A stretch of 64,000 nt of DNA, from sequence record NZ_LC532224.1, one strand, 5' to 3'. Below are positions 10,874-21,937 of this stretch, piece by piece. Origin of the DNA: a plasmid. The notes beneath the pieces were generated by a model, which saw nothing but the letters and a program-made list of their open reading frames with translations, was not told the origin of the DNA and did not search any database. Both the position numbers and the translations under genes were made by a program. Positions within the stretch are counted from its first letter, which is position 1, and each line of letters opens with the position of its first letter.

Positions 10874-11131
10874 ATGATAGTTTCAGAAGCAATTTTTTAT
10901 TCTTCTATTATTTCCTGGGTTCTTTATTGGTGGTTTATTGGAAATATTACTAAAAAGGTAGGGATGCTTGTTGTTCCACTCACGCTTACCTTCGGATGTT
11001 ACATTTATGCAATTCATTTGGATGATTCCGAACAGCAAACCAATTTACGTTGGGAGCAGATCGGTTTTATTACCTTTATAATTGTGATAATGTGGGCAGG
11101 AAAGTTTGTGATGAAAAGACTATCTGAATGA
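10874..11131 (+). CDS. Small membrane protein (85 aa)
   Basis: Hydrophobic. Confidence 0.4.
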   Translation: MIVSEAIFYSSIISWVLYWWFIGNITKKVGMLVVPLTLTFGCYIYAIHLDDSEQQTNLRWEQIGFITFIIVIMWAGKFVMKRLSE

Positions 11132-11189
11132 TGATCTAATCCACACTTTTCGATATCTTAGAAAAGTAACTTTGTGAGCAAACAGTCAT

Positions 11190-11423
11190 ATGACATGCAA
11201 AACGCTGATCTCAAAGACAGATGATGGATACACATTTAGCATTTCACCTTACGAAGACGGGTACCGCTTATCAGTCTCGCCTGAAAATCGTCACAATGGT
11301 ACCCAAAGCTTTGACGGCTGGTTCCCACGTTTTTTTTCCGAACCACAGTATGCCAAATCATCTTTAACTAAGTTTCTCGGTGAGTCCTTAGTATGGGAAG
11401 AAGATTCAAGTAATGCTCTATGA
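11190..11423 (+). CDS. Small hypothetical protein (77 aa)
   Basis: ORF only. Confidence 0.3.
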   Translation: MTCKTLISKTDDGYTFSISPYEDGYRLSVSPENRHNGTQSFDGWFPRFFSEPQYAKSSLTKFLGESLVWEEDSSNAL

Positions 11424-11468
11424 GATTACTTATTATAAATTTTTCTATTAATCTCCATGGAGTGATAT

Positions 11469-11723
11469 ATGAATTTGGCCTATTTTTTATTTTTGTCTAT
11501 AACTGTTATGCTTACGAGCTTTATTATTAAATCACTTGTCGTATTGGTAAAGTTCAAATTACTTCGTGATGAACGTCTCGAATATACCAGCAATAAAAAT
11601 ATTGATGAGATGTACGATTTAATGAATGCGAAGGAAGAAATCCTCATAAGGCATCATAAGCAGATGTTGGCATTGCATCTTTCACTATTAATATTCGTTC
11701 TATTTATTGCTTACATTTACTAA
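11469..11723 (+). CDS. Small membrane protein (84 aa)
   Basis: TM segments. Confidence 0.4.
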   Translation: MNLAYFLFLSITVMLTSFIIKSLVVLVKFKLLRDERLEYTSNKNIDEMYDLMNAKEEILIRHHKQMLALHLSLLIFVLFIAYIY

Positions 11724-11760
11724 AAATAATTTTATTCAACATTTCAACAAAGGGTTTTCA

Positions 11761-12048
11761 ATGGAAAGCTTCGAAACTGAACAAATGATTCAATATGCTT
11801 TCTACATAAATATCGTAATAACGACTGGTTTGGCATGGTTTTGCTTGCGGTCAGGATTGCATTACAATTTTTTCAGAAAAGCAGAGAGTGCCAGAACAAA
11901 AGGGCTGAGTAGTACCTCTACTGAACACGGTCCAGCAATTGTGAGAATAAAGAAGCTACAAGCATTAGTAGATTTTATTAGTAACTGTGCTTTTCTAATC
12001 CTTTCAATTGGCACAGCTTATATTTTGTATTTTTGGATCCACAGTTAA
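11761..12048 (+). CDS. Small membrane protein (about 95 aa)
   Basis: Internal start MESFETEQ. TM segments. Confidence 0.35.
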   Translation: MESFETEQMIQYAFYINIVITTGLAWFCLRSGLHYNFFRKAESARTKGLSSTSTEHGPAIVRIKKLQALVDFISNCAFLILSIGTAYILYFWIHS

Positions 12049-12108
12049 CTCATACAAGGTAACTTCGGCAAATAACAACTTCTAATGCAGGACTTTAATA
12101 ACTATAAC

Positions 12109-12315
12109 GGATGCTACATGAAAAACGACAGTTTAATTACGCGGTATAAAATACTTAAAGGCGAACGCGATGAGTCTATCTTCACCATAATAATCGCGCT
12201 AGTAGTAAAGCTGGGGCTGGTAGCCCTGGCATTCTATCTGTTGCTTGGTTCCACGATTGATTGGTCAAGCTGGAAAACCTATGCCGCCATGTTGATCTTT
12301 GGAGCATTTCTCTAA
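12109..12315 (+). CDS. Small membrane protein (about 68 aa)
   Basis: Hydrophobic C-terminus. Confidence 0.3.
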   Translation, partial: GCYMKNDSLITRYKILKGERDESIFTIIIALVVKLGLVALAFYLLLGSTIDWSSWKTYAAMLIFGAFL

Positions 12316-12455
12316 AAGGATGACCACGGCAATACCAGGTCAGACAACAAGGTCGTTAGCATGATCGTTGGAAGCAACGGAAGCACCTTGAAAAAGGTCG
12401 GCAGCACTATAAAATCCATCAGCAATGCACACAAATAAACTACTGGTATCTTAAA

Positions 12456-12731
12456 ATGAAAGTGAAAGAGTTGATCGCCATGCTGAACGAAAGAGACCCT
12501 GAGGCAATTGTTCTGATTTCCGGCTATGAAACGATCGGCGGCACGGAAGTCGCAGAAGCTGATTTGCTCATTGATATGCAGTCAATATGCTTAGAACAGG
12601 CTGATAATCTCACAGGAAACCGTAAAGTTGTTTCTTCCGGTGGTGAAGATTCAGTTTGGTTAGGCTGGAAAGATGATTACCGTACAAAGGTGTTTTTAGA
12701 AGATGCCCAAATTCCTGATCAAGATGAATGA
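12456..12731 (+). CDS. Hypothetical 91-aa protein
   Basis: ORF only. Confidence 0.35.
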   Translation: MKVKELIAMLNERDPEAIVLISGYETIGGTEVAEADLLIDMQSICLEQADNLTGNRKVVSSGGEDSVWLGWKDDYRTKVFLEDAQIPDQDE

Positions 12732-13222
12732 CGGTCAGCGTTGGCTTCAAAGGCAATCTATCAGTACGTGAAACGTAAATGTTAAAAAATAACCACATAT
12801 GAATCAATAACTTATGTCAAAGCTAAGTAGAGATGTCCGGGGTGGGGCAAAGTTCAAATGTCCTTTGATAATATTGAATTCCTGGATAAAAATCGCATCT
12901 TAACCTCTTCGTTTGAGTACCTTGTTGGGTTGACCCCGTATTCGCTTTATTTGTAGTATTGGGCTGCTTTGAAGTGTTTCATGTTCAAACGCGACGTGTT
13001 CTGTAAGTTCTTCCTGACAACAGAGCCGACAATATATACACATCCGCTATGGAGAATCTGACAACCGCTATGCGTATTACGCCACCCTGAGTTTTTCCTT
13101 CCTCTGTCGTACTGAGCAAGCCTCAGCACGCACTCAATAACATCCCGTCTGCGGATGTGCTTTACCGTACGTAAAAATGTAGCCCTCCAGGGCTGACTGT
13201 ATCTAAAAACTGAGAAATTACT

Positions 13223-14701
13223 ATGTTGCTGTCCTCGACGCGTAAGGACTGGCTGGGTAACGTCCGTGGTGACGTTCTGGCCGGTATTGTTGTCGCGCTC
13301 GCACTCATTCCAGAAGCGATCGCCTTTTCCATTATCGCCGGTGTTGATCCCCAGGTGGGCCTCTACTCGGCGTTCTGTATTCCTCTCGTTATGGCCTTCT
13401 TTGGCGGACGTCCGGCGATGATTTCGTCCTCCACCGGTGCAATGGCTCTCCTGATGGTGACGCTGGTGAAAGATCATGGCTTACAGTATTTACTGGCTGC
13501 CTCCATACTGACCGGGGTATTCCAGCTGATAGCCGGATATCTGAAGCTTGGCGGGCTGATGCGTTTTGTTTCACGCTCAGTGGTCACGGGGTTTGTTAAT
13601 GCACTGGCAATACTGATTTTTATGGCCCAGTTGCCTGAGCTGACCAATGTGACATGGCATGTTTATGCCATGACTGCGGCAGGGCTGGGGATCATCTATC
13701 TCTTCCCTTATATCAACAAAACCATTCCTTCACCGCTTGTGTGCATCGTGGTGCTGACTGGGATTGCCATGTGGCTGCATCTGGATGTGCGAACCGTCGG
13801 GGATATGGGGAAACTTCCCGACAGTCTGCCGGTCTTCCTGCTCCCGGACGTGCCTTTAAATCTTCAGACGCTGCTCATCATCCTGCCATATTCTGCGGGG
13901 CTTGCGGTGGTTGGCCTGCTTGAGTCGATGATGACCGCCACTATCGTGGATGACATGACCGACACGCCAAGCGACAAAAACAGGGAGTGCAAAGCTCAGG
14001 GCATCGCGAACATCTGCACATCCTTTATCGGAGGAATGGCAGGCTGCGCGATGATTGGGCAATCTGTTATCAACGTAAAATCCGGTGGACGCGGACGACT
14101 TTCAACCCTCACGGCGGGCGTGGTGCTGCTTTGCCTGATTGTGTTCCTGCGCAACTGGGTCTCCCAAATTCCGATGGCAGCGCTGGTCGCGGTGATGATT
14201 ATGGTTTCCATCGGGACATTCTCCTGGCGCTCCATTGCCAACCTGCGGACACACCCCCTTTCAACCAGCGTGGTCATGCTTGCCACCGTCGCGGTTGTGG
14301 TGGCAACACATAATCTGGCCTTCGGTGTGCTGACCGGTGTACTGATTGCTTCGCTCAATTTTGCCACTAAAGTATCCCGGTTCATGCGTGTAACCTCAGT
14401 TCTGGAGGGGACGAGCCGGACGTATACCGTCACCGGCCAGGTATTCTTTGCATCAGCAGACCGCTTTACGAGCCACTTTGATTTCCGTGAAGCGATTGAG
14501 AATGTGGTGATAGACGTTTCACATGCCCATTTCTGGGACATCACGTCCGTCAGCGCCCTGGATAAGGTGGTCATTAAGTTCCGTAGAGAGGGCGCCGGGG
14601 TTGAAATACGTGGGATGAATGAAGCCACCCGCACCATCGTTGACCGGTTTGGTGTTCACGATAAACCTGAAGAAGTCGAAAAACTGATGGGCGGTCATTA
14701 A
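13223..14701 (+). CDS. SulP-family anion transporter with C-terminal STAS domain
   Basis: About 10 TM helices. The N-terminal region ...[13 protein letters not shown]... was recognised from memory as SulP-like. Confidence 0.8.
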   Translation: MLLSSTRKDWLGNVRGDVLAGIVVALALIPEAIAFSIIAGVDPQVGLYSAFCIPLVMAFFGGRPAMISSSTGAMALLMVTLVKDHGLQYLLAASILTGVFQLIAGYLKLGGLMRFVSRSVVTGFVNALAILIFMAQLPELTNVTWHVYAMTAAGLGIIYLFPYINKTIPSPLVCIVVLTGIAMWLHLDVRTVGDMGKLPDSLPVFLLPDVPLNLQTLLIILPYSAGLAVVGLLESMMTATIVDDMTDTPSDKNRECKAQGIANICTSFIGGMAGCAMIGQSVINVKSGGRGRLSTLTAGVVLLCLIVFLRNWVSQIPMAALVAVMIMVSIGTFSWRSIANLRTHPLSTSVVMLATVAVVVATHNLAFGVLTGVLIASLNFATKVSRFMRVTSVLEGTSRTYTVTGQVFFASADRFTSHFDFREAIENVVIDVSHAHFWDITSVSALDKVVIKFRREGAGVEIRGMNEATRTIVDRFGVHDKPEEVEKLMGGH

Positions 14702-14719
14702 CAGACTGGAGGGAAAACT

Positions 14720-15547
14720 ATGAATAATACTGTTACAGCCTGTGTGGACGGTTCACTTTCAACGCGGTCAGTGTGTGAATATGCGGCGTGGGCAGCCCGC
14801 ACTTTGCAATCACAGCTAGCACTGTTGCACGTTATCGAAAAAGACAGCACCCCGGTAGTGTCAGACCTGACCGGCACTCTCGGCATAGACAGTCAGCAAT
14901 TGCTGACCGATGAGCTGGTAGAAATTGAAGGGCAACGTAATCGCCTGCTGATGGCCCAGGGGAAAGCAATACTGGAAAGTTGTGCTGAACTGCTTCAAAA
15001 ACAGGGAAGCCCGGATGTGCTTTTGATGCAAAAACACGGTACACCGGATGAAGTTCTGGCAGAGCTGAGCGACCTTCGTCTCATGGTGCTGGGGCGTCGG
15101 GGTAGCCAGCATCCGGTAGGCTCTCATCTGGAAAGCGTTATTCGTCTGCAAAAGAAACCCCTACTGGTTGTTCCGGAGAACTACTCAGTGCCTTCCAGAG
15201 TCATGCTGGCTTATGATGGCAGTGAAGAAAGCAGGAGTAACCTGGAACGTCTGACGATGAGTCCCTTACTCAGGGGGCTGGAGTGCCACCTTGTCATGGT
15301 AAACGGTAAGAAGGAAGAGCTGCTGACCGCACAGCAAATTTTACGTGACGCGGATATAGAAAACAGCACAACACATCTTACCGGGCAATCAGTCGGGGAC
15401 GCGCTTATTCGTTACGCCGAGGAAAATGCTGTCGATCTGATAGTGATGGGGGCCTACGGTCATTCCAGGTTGCGGCAGTTCTTTATCGGTAGTCATACCT
15501 CCGAAATGCTGCAAAAGACGCAACAACCGCTTCTTATCCTCCGTTAG
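14720..15547 (+). CDS. Tandem universal stress protein (UspA-domain x2)
   Basis: Two Usp halves. 275 aa. Confidence 0.7.
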   Translation: MNNTVTACVDGSLSTRSVCEYAAWAARTLQSQLALLHVIEKDSTPVVSDLTGTLGIDSQQLLTDELVEIEGQRNRLLMAQGKAILESCAELLQKQGSPDVLLMQKHGTPDEVLAELSDLRLMVLGRRGSQHPVGSHLESVIRLQKKPLLVVPENYSVPSRVMLAYDGSEESRSNLERLTMSPLLRGLECHLVMVNGKKEELLTAQQILRDADIENSTTHLTGQSVGDALIRYAEENAVDLIVMGAYGHSRLRQFFIGSHTSEMLQKTQQPLLILR

Positions 15548-15564
15548 CACTGATTATCTTAAAT

Positions 15565-15592
15565 AAAAAAGGGCGAGTTCTCTCGCCCTTCG
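15565..15592. terminator. Bidirectional hairpin terminator between usp and arsC
   Basis: GGGCGAG-TTCTC-TCGCCC flanked by A/T runs. Confidence 0.6.
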
Positions 15593-15606
15593 TCACAAGA
15601 ACACGT

Positions 15607-16032
15607 TTAGTTCAGCCGGTTACCTTTTTCATCAACTACCTTCTCACCGTCCTCTTTCGTGAACGCGCTTTTCTGCGCATCGGGAAGAATATCCAGCACG
15701 ACTTCAGAAGGGCGGCATAGCCGGGTACCCAGCGGCGTTACCACGATAGGGCGATTGATCAGAACAGGGTGCTGCAACATAAAATCGATTAACTGCTCGT
15801 CAGTAAAGCGGTCTTCCGCCAGCCCTAACGCTTCAAAAGGTTCGACATTCTTACGCAGCAGCGCTCGTACCGTGATCCCCATATCCGCAATGAGTTTTAC
15901 CAGCTCAGCTCGTGATGGTGGGGTTTCAAGATAATGAATAACGGTCGGCTCTGTACCGCTGTTGCGGATCATTTCAAGGGTATTGCGTGACGTGCCGCAG
16001 GCCGGGTTGTGATAAATGGTAATGTTGCTCAT
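15607..16032 (-). CDS. arsC: Arsenate reductase (glutaredoxin-type ArsC)
   Basis: MSNITIYHNPACGTSRNTLEMIR... resembles R773-type ArsC as I recall it. Confidence 0.9.
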   Translation of the reverse strand: MSNITIYHNPACGTSRNTLEMIRNSGTEPTVIHYLETPPSRAELVKLIADMGITVRALLRKNVEPFEALGLAEDRFTDEQLIDFMLQHPVLINRPIVVTPLGTRLCRPSEVVLDILPDAQKSAFTKEDGEKVVDEKGNRLN

Positions 16033-16044
16033 ATCAGTATCTCA

Positions 16045-17334
16045 TTACAAAGTGAAAGACAGACGAAGCGCCAGTGCTGCAAGCGTGACAAACAGCACGG
16101 GGATTGTCATGACAATGCCCACCCGGAAGTAATATCCCCAGGTAATTTTGATATTTTTCTGCGACAGAACGTGCAGCCACAGTAACGTTGCCAGACTGCC
16201 GATAGGGGTAATTTTTGGCCCCAGGTCGCTGCCGATGACGTTGGCGTAAATCATCGCTTCTTTGATAACACCGGTCGCTGTGCTGCCATCAATCGACAGC
16301 GCCCCGACCAGCACGGTCGGCATATTGTTCATCACTGATGACAGGAAGGCCGTCAGGAAGCCCGTACCCAGCGTTGCCGCCCACAATCCCTGCTCTGCCA
16401 GCTGATTCAGCAAGGAAGAGAGATAGTGGGTCAGACCGGCATTTCGTAAGCCGTAGACCACCAGGTACATCCCCAGCGAGAAGATAACGATTTGCCAGGG
16501 CGCACCACGCAGCACCTTACCGGTGTTAATGGCATGCCCTTTTTTCGCAACAGCAAACAGAAGCAATGCACCAGCGGCTGCGACCAAACTGACCGGTACG
16601 CCCAGCGGCTCCAGTCCGAAGAATCCCACCAGAAGCAACACCAGAACCAGCCAGCCGGTTTTAAAGGTATTCACATCACGTATAGCGTCTTTCGGTTCTT
16701 TCAACAGAGAAACGTCGTAAACGGCGGGAATGTCCTTACGGAAAAACAGATGCAGCATCACCAGCGTAGCCGCAATCGCGGCCAGGTTAACCGGGACCAT
16801 CACGGCGGCATATTCTGAGAAACCAAGCTTAAAGAAATCCGCCGAGACGATATTCACCAGGTTTGAGACAATCAGTGGCAGGCTTGCCGTGTCAGCGATA
16901 AACCCTGCGGCCATGATAAACGCTAAGGTTGCTCCCCGGCTGAATCCCAGCGCCAGCAGCATCGCGATAACGATAGGTGTCAGGATCAGTGCCGCACCGT
17001 CGTTGGCAAACAGTGCCGCAACCATCGCACCAAGCAGGACGATCCAGGTGAAGAGCAGCCGCCCCCGGCCATTCCCCCAACGGGCAACGTGCAGCGCGGC
17101 CCATTCAAAGAAGCCGGATTCGTCGAGCAGAAGACTGATGATGATCACGGCGATAAAGGTGGCGGTCGCATTCCACACTATCTGCCAGACCACCGGAATA
17201 TCCCCCAGATGAACGACGCCAGTCAGCAATGCCAGAATTGCGCCCAGTGAGGCACTCCAGCCAATCCCCAGCCCTCTGGGTTGCCAGATAACCAGGACGA
17301 GCGTGAATAAAAAGATAGCACCAGCCAGTAACAT
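16045..17334 (-). CDS. arsB: Arsenite efflux pump ArsB
   Basis: 429-aa membrane protein collinear with ArsB (LLAGAIF...[11 protein letters not shown]...). Confidence 0.9.
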   Translation of the reverse strand: MLLAGAIFLFTLVLVIWQPRGLGIGWSASLGAILALLTGVVHLGDIPVVWQIVWNATATFIAVIIISLLLDESGFFEWAALHVARWGNGRGRLLFTWIVLLGAMVAALFANDGAALILTPIVIAMLLALGFSRGATLAFIMAAGFIADTASLPLIVSNLVNIVSADFFKLGFSEYAAVMVPVNLAAIAATLVMLHLFFRKDIPAVYDVSLLKEPKDAIRDVNTFKTGWLVLVLLLVGFFGLEPLGVPVSLVAAAGALLLFAVAKKGHAINTGKVLRGAPWQIVIFSLGMYLVVYGLRNAGLTHYLSSLLNQLAEQGLWAATLGTGFLTAFLSSVMNNMPTVLVGALSIDGSTATGVIKEAMIYANVIGSDLGPKITPIGSLATLLWLHVLSQKNIKITWGYYFRVGIVMTIPVLFVTLAALALRLSFTL

Positions 17335-17379
17335 CAGAAACTCCATTCACATTTGTTTATTCGGATATATATATCGCCA

Positions 17380-17700
17380 TCAGCAGGAGACAGATGCCAC
17401 GCTACTGAGCTTGTTGCGTATGTTTTCTCGTTCACAGTTCCAGGCTGTATCAATAATACCCGCAGCCCATGCTGGCATGTGTGGCGACAGTCGGTAATGC
17501 ACCCATTTTCCTTCGCGACGGTCGATGACCAGCTCGGCTTCACGTAAAAGGGCCATATGGCGAGAAATTTTTGGCTGAGACTCTGCGGTTGCCGCACAGA
17601 TGTCACAGACGCACATTTCACCGGACTCCCTGAGAAGCATCACGATAGTTGAACGGGTCTCGTCGGCGAGCAGTTTAAAAAGCTGAACAGGCTGTAGCAT
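17380..17700 (-). CDS. arsR: ArsR repressor
   Basis: Metal-binding ELCVCDL-like motif (EMCVCDICAA) and wHTH, from MLQPVQLFK. Confidence 0.85.
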   Translation of the reverse strand: MLQPVQLFKLLADETRSTIVMLLRESGEMCVCDICAATAESQPKISRHMALLREAELVIDRREGKWVHYRLSPHMPAWAAGIIDTAWNCERENIRNKLSSVASVSC

Positions 17701-17786
17701 GCTTAACCTCGTAAAAAAATAACAATACATATGGTATTTCATATGTGATAACTTTTAAAGCATAGCTTATGAAATGGAGATTTTTT

Positions 17787-18491
17787 ATGACCGACTTACC
17801 AGCAATCGAACCGGCTTATTTTGATGATGCGCTTGCCAGCAAACTTACGGGCAACAACGAAACCATGCCGCGAATTCTCATCCTGTACGGTTCAGTACGA
17901 GAGCGGTCCTACAGTCGTTTTGCAGCGGAAGAGGCCGGGCGGTTGCTGGCAAAGATGGGGGCTGAGGTGAAAATATTTAACCCATCCGGTCTGCCGTTAC
18001 CCGATGATGCGCCCGAAAGTCACCCCAAAGTGCTTGAACTCCGCGAGCTGGTCAGGTGGTGTGACGGAATGGTCTGGAGTTCTCCGGAAAGACATGGCGC
18101 CATGAGCTCGGTGATGAAGGCCCAGATTGACTGGATACCCCTGAGTGAAGGTGCTGTTCGTCCTTCCCAGGGTAAAACGCTGGCCGTCATGCAGGTTTGT
18201 GGTGGTTCACAGTCGTTTAACACGGTCAATCAGATGCGGATACTTGGCCGCTGGATGCGGATGTTCACCATCCCCAATCAGTCGTCAGTGCCAAAGGCAT
18301 GGCAGGAATTTGATGATGAAGGGCGCATGAAACCCTCACCCTGGTATGACAGGATTGTCGACGTTACCGAAGAGTTGTTCAAAATGACGTTACTCCTGAA
18401 AGGGCACACAGCCTACCTGTCCGACCGCTACAGCGAAAGGAAAGAGAGTCATCAGGAGCTCGCGGCACGGGTCAATCAGGCCAAAATCTGA
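17787..18491 (+). CDS. arsH: ArsH NADPH-dependent FMN reductase
   Basis: Divergent from ars[16 protein letters not shown]... flavodoxin-like. Confidence 0.85.
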   Translation: MTDLPAIEPAYFDDALASKLTGNNETMPRILILYGSVRERSYSRFAAEEAGRLLAKMGAEVKIFNPSGLPLPDDAPESHPKVLELRELVRWCDGMVWSSPERHGAMSSVMKAQIDWIPLSEGAVRPSQGKTLAVMQVCGGSQSFNTVNQMRILGRWMRMFTIPNQSSVPKAWQEFDDEGRMKPSPWYDRIVDVTEELFKMTLLLKGHTAYLSDRYSERKESHQELAARVNQAKI

Positions 18492-18502
18492 CAGCCAGGC
18501 AT

Positions 18503-18525
18503 GCCCGGATGGATTACCGGGCTTT
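18503..18525 (+). terminator. Hairpin after arsH
   Basis: GCCCGG-N8-CCGGGC then TTTAAAT. Confidence 0.4.
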
Positions 18526-19960
18526 AAATCGGTTTCTTCCCAAATATCTCTTCAGAGCGTGACTGAAGTTTCACCAGGGCATTGAACATATCGTCCTGAT
18601 CCAGGGAACGCTGGGATTTCTTCGTCGTGGGAGCTTTACGCCTGCGAGAAGGGCCGTCTCCGGATGGTACGGATTGCGACCGGTTATTATCCCGCTCGGC
18701 CTGGACCAGCTGCGCCATTTCCAGGGCCCGCCCCAGACGTTTGTTATCCACAATGGCCCCCTGATCGATTTCAGAAAGCTTGTCATAGGTGGAGTAGGGA
18801 AGTGATACGCCATTAAGCCGGAGCTCTTTATGTCCATCCGGGTAATGCCAGACATCGATGTATTTACCAATCGCCCGACGACTGAATTCGCTGTCTTCAA
18901 TCAGATAAAGGACTTTGTCGTATTGCACTGTGAGTGATTTCGACACTTTACGAGCTTCACGCCAGTTAAATACCATATCAAGATCGTCATCGACATCCAG
19001 TTCCCGATGAACATCAAACGCCTGGCGAGGCGCTTTTGCGAAACGACGGTTGTAATCGTTCATGAACTCTTCGGCAAATGCGTTCGCAGCTTCCATGGAA
19101 CTGATGCCCTGGAGCCTGAGCTCCTTGACCAGTCGGTCCTGAAGCGTCAGGTGCGCCCGTTCAACGCGGCCTTTGGCAGCACTGGTTTCTGCACAAATGG
19201 TCTGAATGTTCAGTTCATGCATCGCACGGCCAAACTGGGTATCGCCGTCGCCGCCGGTTGCATTTTTATTGTTGATCCTGAATACGCTGGCTTTGTCGCT
19301 GTACAGCGCAAGCGGTTTGCCATGTTTTTCAATATAGCCCCGGGTCGCTTCAAAATAGGTGAAAGTAGACTCAGATTTCACGAAAAGAAGCTGCATTAAA
19401 CGACTGGTTGCGTCATCAACGTAAACCAGTGCCGTACACTTAGGTCCCCGATTTTCAAACCAGTGGTGGTCGCAGCCGTCGATTTGTATGAGTTCACCGG
19501 CACAGGCACGGCGGTAACGAGGTTGCTGAATTTTTGGCGCACGTTGCTTACGTGGGACCCACAGACTGGCCTGAGTCATCAGCTTACGGACGGTTTCTTT
19601 GGAAAGATGAACACCGTGCACCTCAGACAGTTTTTCACAGGCCAGCGTCGGACCGAAATCGTTATAGCGTTCGCGAATAATGTTCAGCGCGTATGCGGCC
19701 AGTCCCTGAGGCAACTGGTTGTTACTGGATTTACCACGACGGCGGCTGGTCATGCCAATCGGACCATCTTCACGATAACGCGCAAGCAGACGACGGCACT
19801 GACGGTCGGAGATACCAAGCCGCTGAGCTGCCATTTGTGTTGTCAGACGCCGGTCGATGACATCCTGAATGATTTTGAGTCGGTTAACTTCATCCAATGT
19901 GAAAAACTCCGCTGCGAGAGCCGTCATGGTAATCCTTACTTGATTATACACGCCGGACAT
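18524..19960 (-). CDS. DDE transposase (rve integrase core, IS481/ISNCY-IS1202-like), 478 aa
   Basis: N-terminal HTH (RLGISDRQCRRLLARYRE) and catalytic D...D...E (IQIDGC / YSDKASVF / GRVERAH). I could not define the IS ends. Confidence 0.6.
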   Translation of the reverse strand: MSGVYNQVRITMTALAAEFFTLDEVNRLKIIQDVIDRRLTTQMAAQRLGISDRQCRRLLARYREDGPIGMTSRRRGKSSNNQLPQGLAAYALNIIRERYNDFGPTLACEKLSEVHGVHLSKETVRKLMTQASLWVPRKQRAPKIQQPRYRRACAGELIQIDGCDHHWFENRGPKCTALVYVDDATSRLMQLLFVKSESTFTYFEATRGYIEKHGKPLALYSDKASVFRINNKNATGGDGDTQFGRAMHELNIQTICAETSAAKGRVERAHLTLQDRLVKELRLQGISSMEAANAFAEEFMNDYNRRFAKAPRQAFDVHRELDVDDDLDMVFNWREARKVSKSLTVQYDKVLYLIEDSEFSRRAIGKYIDVWHYPDGHKELRLNGVSLPYSTYDKLSEIDQGAIVDNKRLGRALEMAQLVQAERDNNRSQSVPSGDGPSRRRKAPTTKKSQRSLDQDDMFNALVKLQSRSEEIFGKKPI

Positions 19961-20118
19961 CTTAACTTAGCCATTATCGGACATTACAACTTTGCTACTA
20001 CAACTTAAGTGCGCATAATCAGGATTATGTAAGATCAGCGTTAAGTAGTCGATTTATTTGAAAGTGACGTCGTCTTTAAGTTAAAATCACCTATAATCAA
20101 TACCTACTGGAGCAGCTC

Positions 20119-20436
20119 ATGGCTGACACCTACCTCCCCCCGGGCTTTAAAAAATGCAAATCATGTCAGCAAGTTAAACCCTTTGAACAGTTTGGAAAAG
20201 AGCTCAAGGGCAAGTTTGGCCTCAAGAGTAAATGCCGAGCGTGTATTAGCGAGAAAAACAAAACGTACGCAGCAGGCCCAGGGGCCGAAGTAAAGACGCA
20301 AAATAATAGGACCTACCAGGCAGAAAACAAGACTGAGCTCGCGGAGAAAATGCGCGTTAAGCGTGCGAAAGAAAAATTTGGTGATCGCTATAATTCCTAC
20401 CTCGCTTCTTTAGAGTCCATGAAAAAACTCAAATAA
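20119..20436 (+). CDS. Small Zn-ribbon protein (CKSC...CRAC)
   Basis: Cys4 pattern in the N-terminal half. Confidence 0.4.
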   Translation: MADTYLPPGFKKCKSCQQVKPFEQFGKELKGKFGLKSKCRACISEKNKTYAAGPGAEVKTQNNRTYQAENKTELAEKMRVKRAKEKFGDRYNSYLASLESMKKLK

Positions 20437-20458
20437 TGTAATCGCCAACGGAGGAATA

Positions 20459-20764
20459 ATGAATGTACATCTGAAATATGATACGATAAAGCACTATCAC
20501 TTTGATTGGCTAACGCCTGCTGGCGACTATCCTAATTCAGCGGTTATGCTCGTAGGTTTCCGTGATGGGCGCTGGATTATTGTTCAAGAGTTCGGAAATG
20601 ATTATAGCTGCTTCGAGGGCGTTCTGAAGAATGGTGATGATCTTAATACGGAGCCTAAATTCTATTCCGACTTAGAAAGCGTAGCGGTTGCTGCTTTTGG
20701 CATGATGAAGCAGATATATCCCCAGTACCAAGATAGCACGTTAGAAGAATTCCTCGCTGGATAA
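20459..20764 (+). CDS. Hypothetical 101-aa protein
   Basis: ORF only. Confidence 0.35.
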   Translation: MNVHLKYDTIKHYHFDWLTPAGDYPNSAVMLVGFRDGRWIIVQEFGNDYSCFEGVLKNGDDLNTEPKFYSDLESVAVAAFGMMKQIYPQYQDSTLEEFLAG

Positions 20765-20808
20765 AATATTCTAGAAACCAAACTCGCCTTATTCGAAGGA
20801 AACTGACT

Positions 20809-21480
20809 ATGTATAGAAAGGTTTTAGCTCTTTCAGCCTTACTGATTTCTGCTTGTTCCACCGATAATCCTCATAAACAAAGTATGCACCACAATGATTT
20901 TGAGCTTTCGGACTCAGCTGTAAAAATTCAAATCAAGTCTGGAAATAAGACAATCTCCGGCTCAGGTACTTGGATCGATGAACAACATATTCTTACAGCT
21001 TCACATTTATGGCTTGATGCAAGCAAGGATTATAGTCTAAGTATAATAACAAGGAATGGGAGCCAACCAGCAACAGTTATCAATATTGATGATCCTAAGA
21101 ACCGGGACCTCGCTCTTTTAAAAGTAGAAAAAAATACTATTGTCAAAGCCCCACCTAATTGGAAGCTTCCAGTATGTGATAATGTTCTAGCTCCAGGTGA
21201 GTCTGTTTGGGTTCTATCGGGAATGTATAATACGCTTTCAAATACGTATGCTTCCCCCGACTCAACCTACTATTATAAAGGAATAGTTGGTTCTGATGGT
21301 TTGACTGCTTTTTATCAAAATGGAGTTAGTGGAAGCGCTGTGTTAAACCAATCTAAGAGTTGCTTATATGGTGTTGTGAGTCAACAAGACATTAAAAAGA
21401 TCAATGTCTATCAGATATATATTACGAAGATTACTACAAATGAAATTATACGCGGATTCATAGGTTATAAAAATAATTAA
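20809..21480 (+). CDS. Lipoprotein trypsin-like serine protease
   Basis: Lipobox LLISAC. His (ILTASHLW), Asp (DLALLKV) and Ser (GVSGSAV) blocks in trypsin order. Confidence 0.55.
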   Translation: MYRKVLALSALLISACSTDNPHKQSMHHNDFELSDSAVKIQIKSGNKTISGSGTWIDEQHILTASHLWLDASKDYSLSIITRNGSQPATVINIDDPKNRDLALLKVEKNTIVKAPPNWKLPVCDNVLAPGESVWVLSGMYNTLSNTYASPDSTYYYKGIVGSDGLTAFYQNGVSGSAVLNQSKSCLYGVVSQQDIKKINVYQIYITKITTNEIIRGFIGYKNN

Positions 21481-21738
21481 ATGAGCGTAATCTTACAACA
21501 GGCAATTCCGACGTTATCTGCGTTGGTCTACCTATCTGAACCTTTAAAAGGAACGTCTATCATGTATAAACTTTTACCCGCAATACTAGTCTTTCTTTCG
21601 GTGTTCCTTGGACTAATCGCTCTACTCAGTGCTATCAAAAATGGTTCTGATGAATTGGCGGTATTCCTCATTACACTTTCGGCGTGGTTCGCTGCTTTAA
21701 GTAAGTTTTATTCACTTAAACTGTATAAAAATAGTTAG
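21481..21738 (+). CDS. Small membrane protein (85 aa)
   Basis: ATG overlaps the upstream stop. Two hydrophobic segments. Confidence 0.4.
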   Translation: MSVILQQAIPTLSALVYLSEPLKGTSIMYKLLPAILVFLSVFLGLIALLSAIKNGSDELAVFLITLSAWFAALSKFYSLKLYKNS

Positions 21739-21937
21739 CCTGTGAATCCAAATACAGTTGACAAGTATCCAGCACTGCCCCCGTGATTTATTCAGGTTAG
21801 AAGCATTCCCGGAGTGCAGGCTGGGATTAGAAAAGTTACTTTTCTTACGATGTACCAACCAATAGGGCACGACTTATCGTAATGCCTAATTACATATTAC
21901 CTGTTTAAGTCGATCTAATAATTTCATTGGAGCAGAC

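Noticed and set aside
12947-13477. 176-aa minus-strand ORF overlapping the sulP start
   Set aside because: It is antisense to the sulP 5' end and has an Arg/His-rich composition typical of the reverse frame of a membrane-protein gene.
16492-17212. Several plus-strand ORFs of 65-160 aa inside arsB
   Set aside because: Antisense frames within a clearly collinear ArsB gene.
18491-20118. Attempt to delimit the IS around the 478-aa DDE transposase
   Set aside because: I could not find convincing terminal inverted repeats or a duplication by eye. The only shared 8-mer (GGTAATCC) abuts the start codon, so it cannot be an IS end. The element's family and boundaries are left open.
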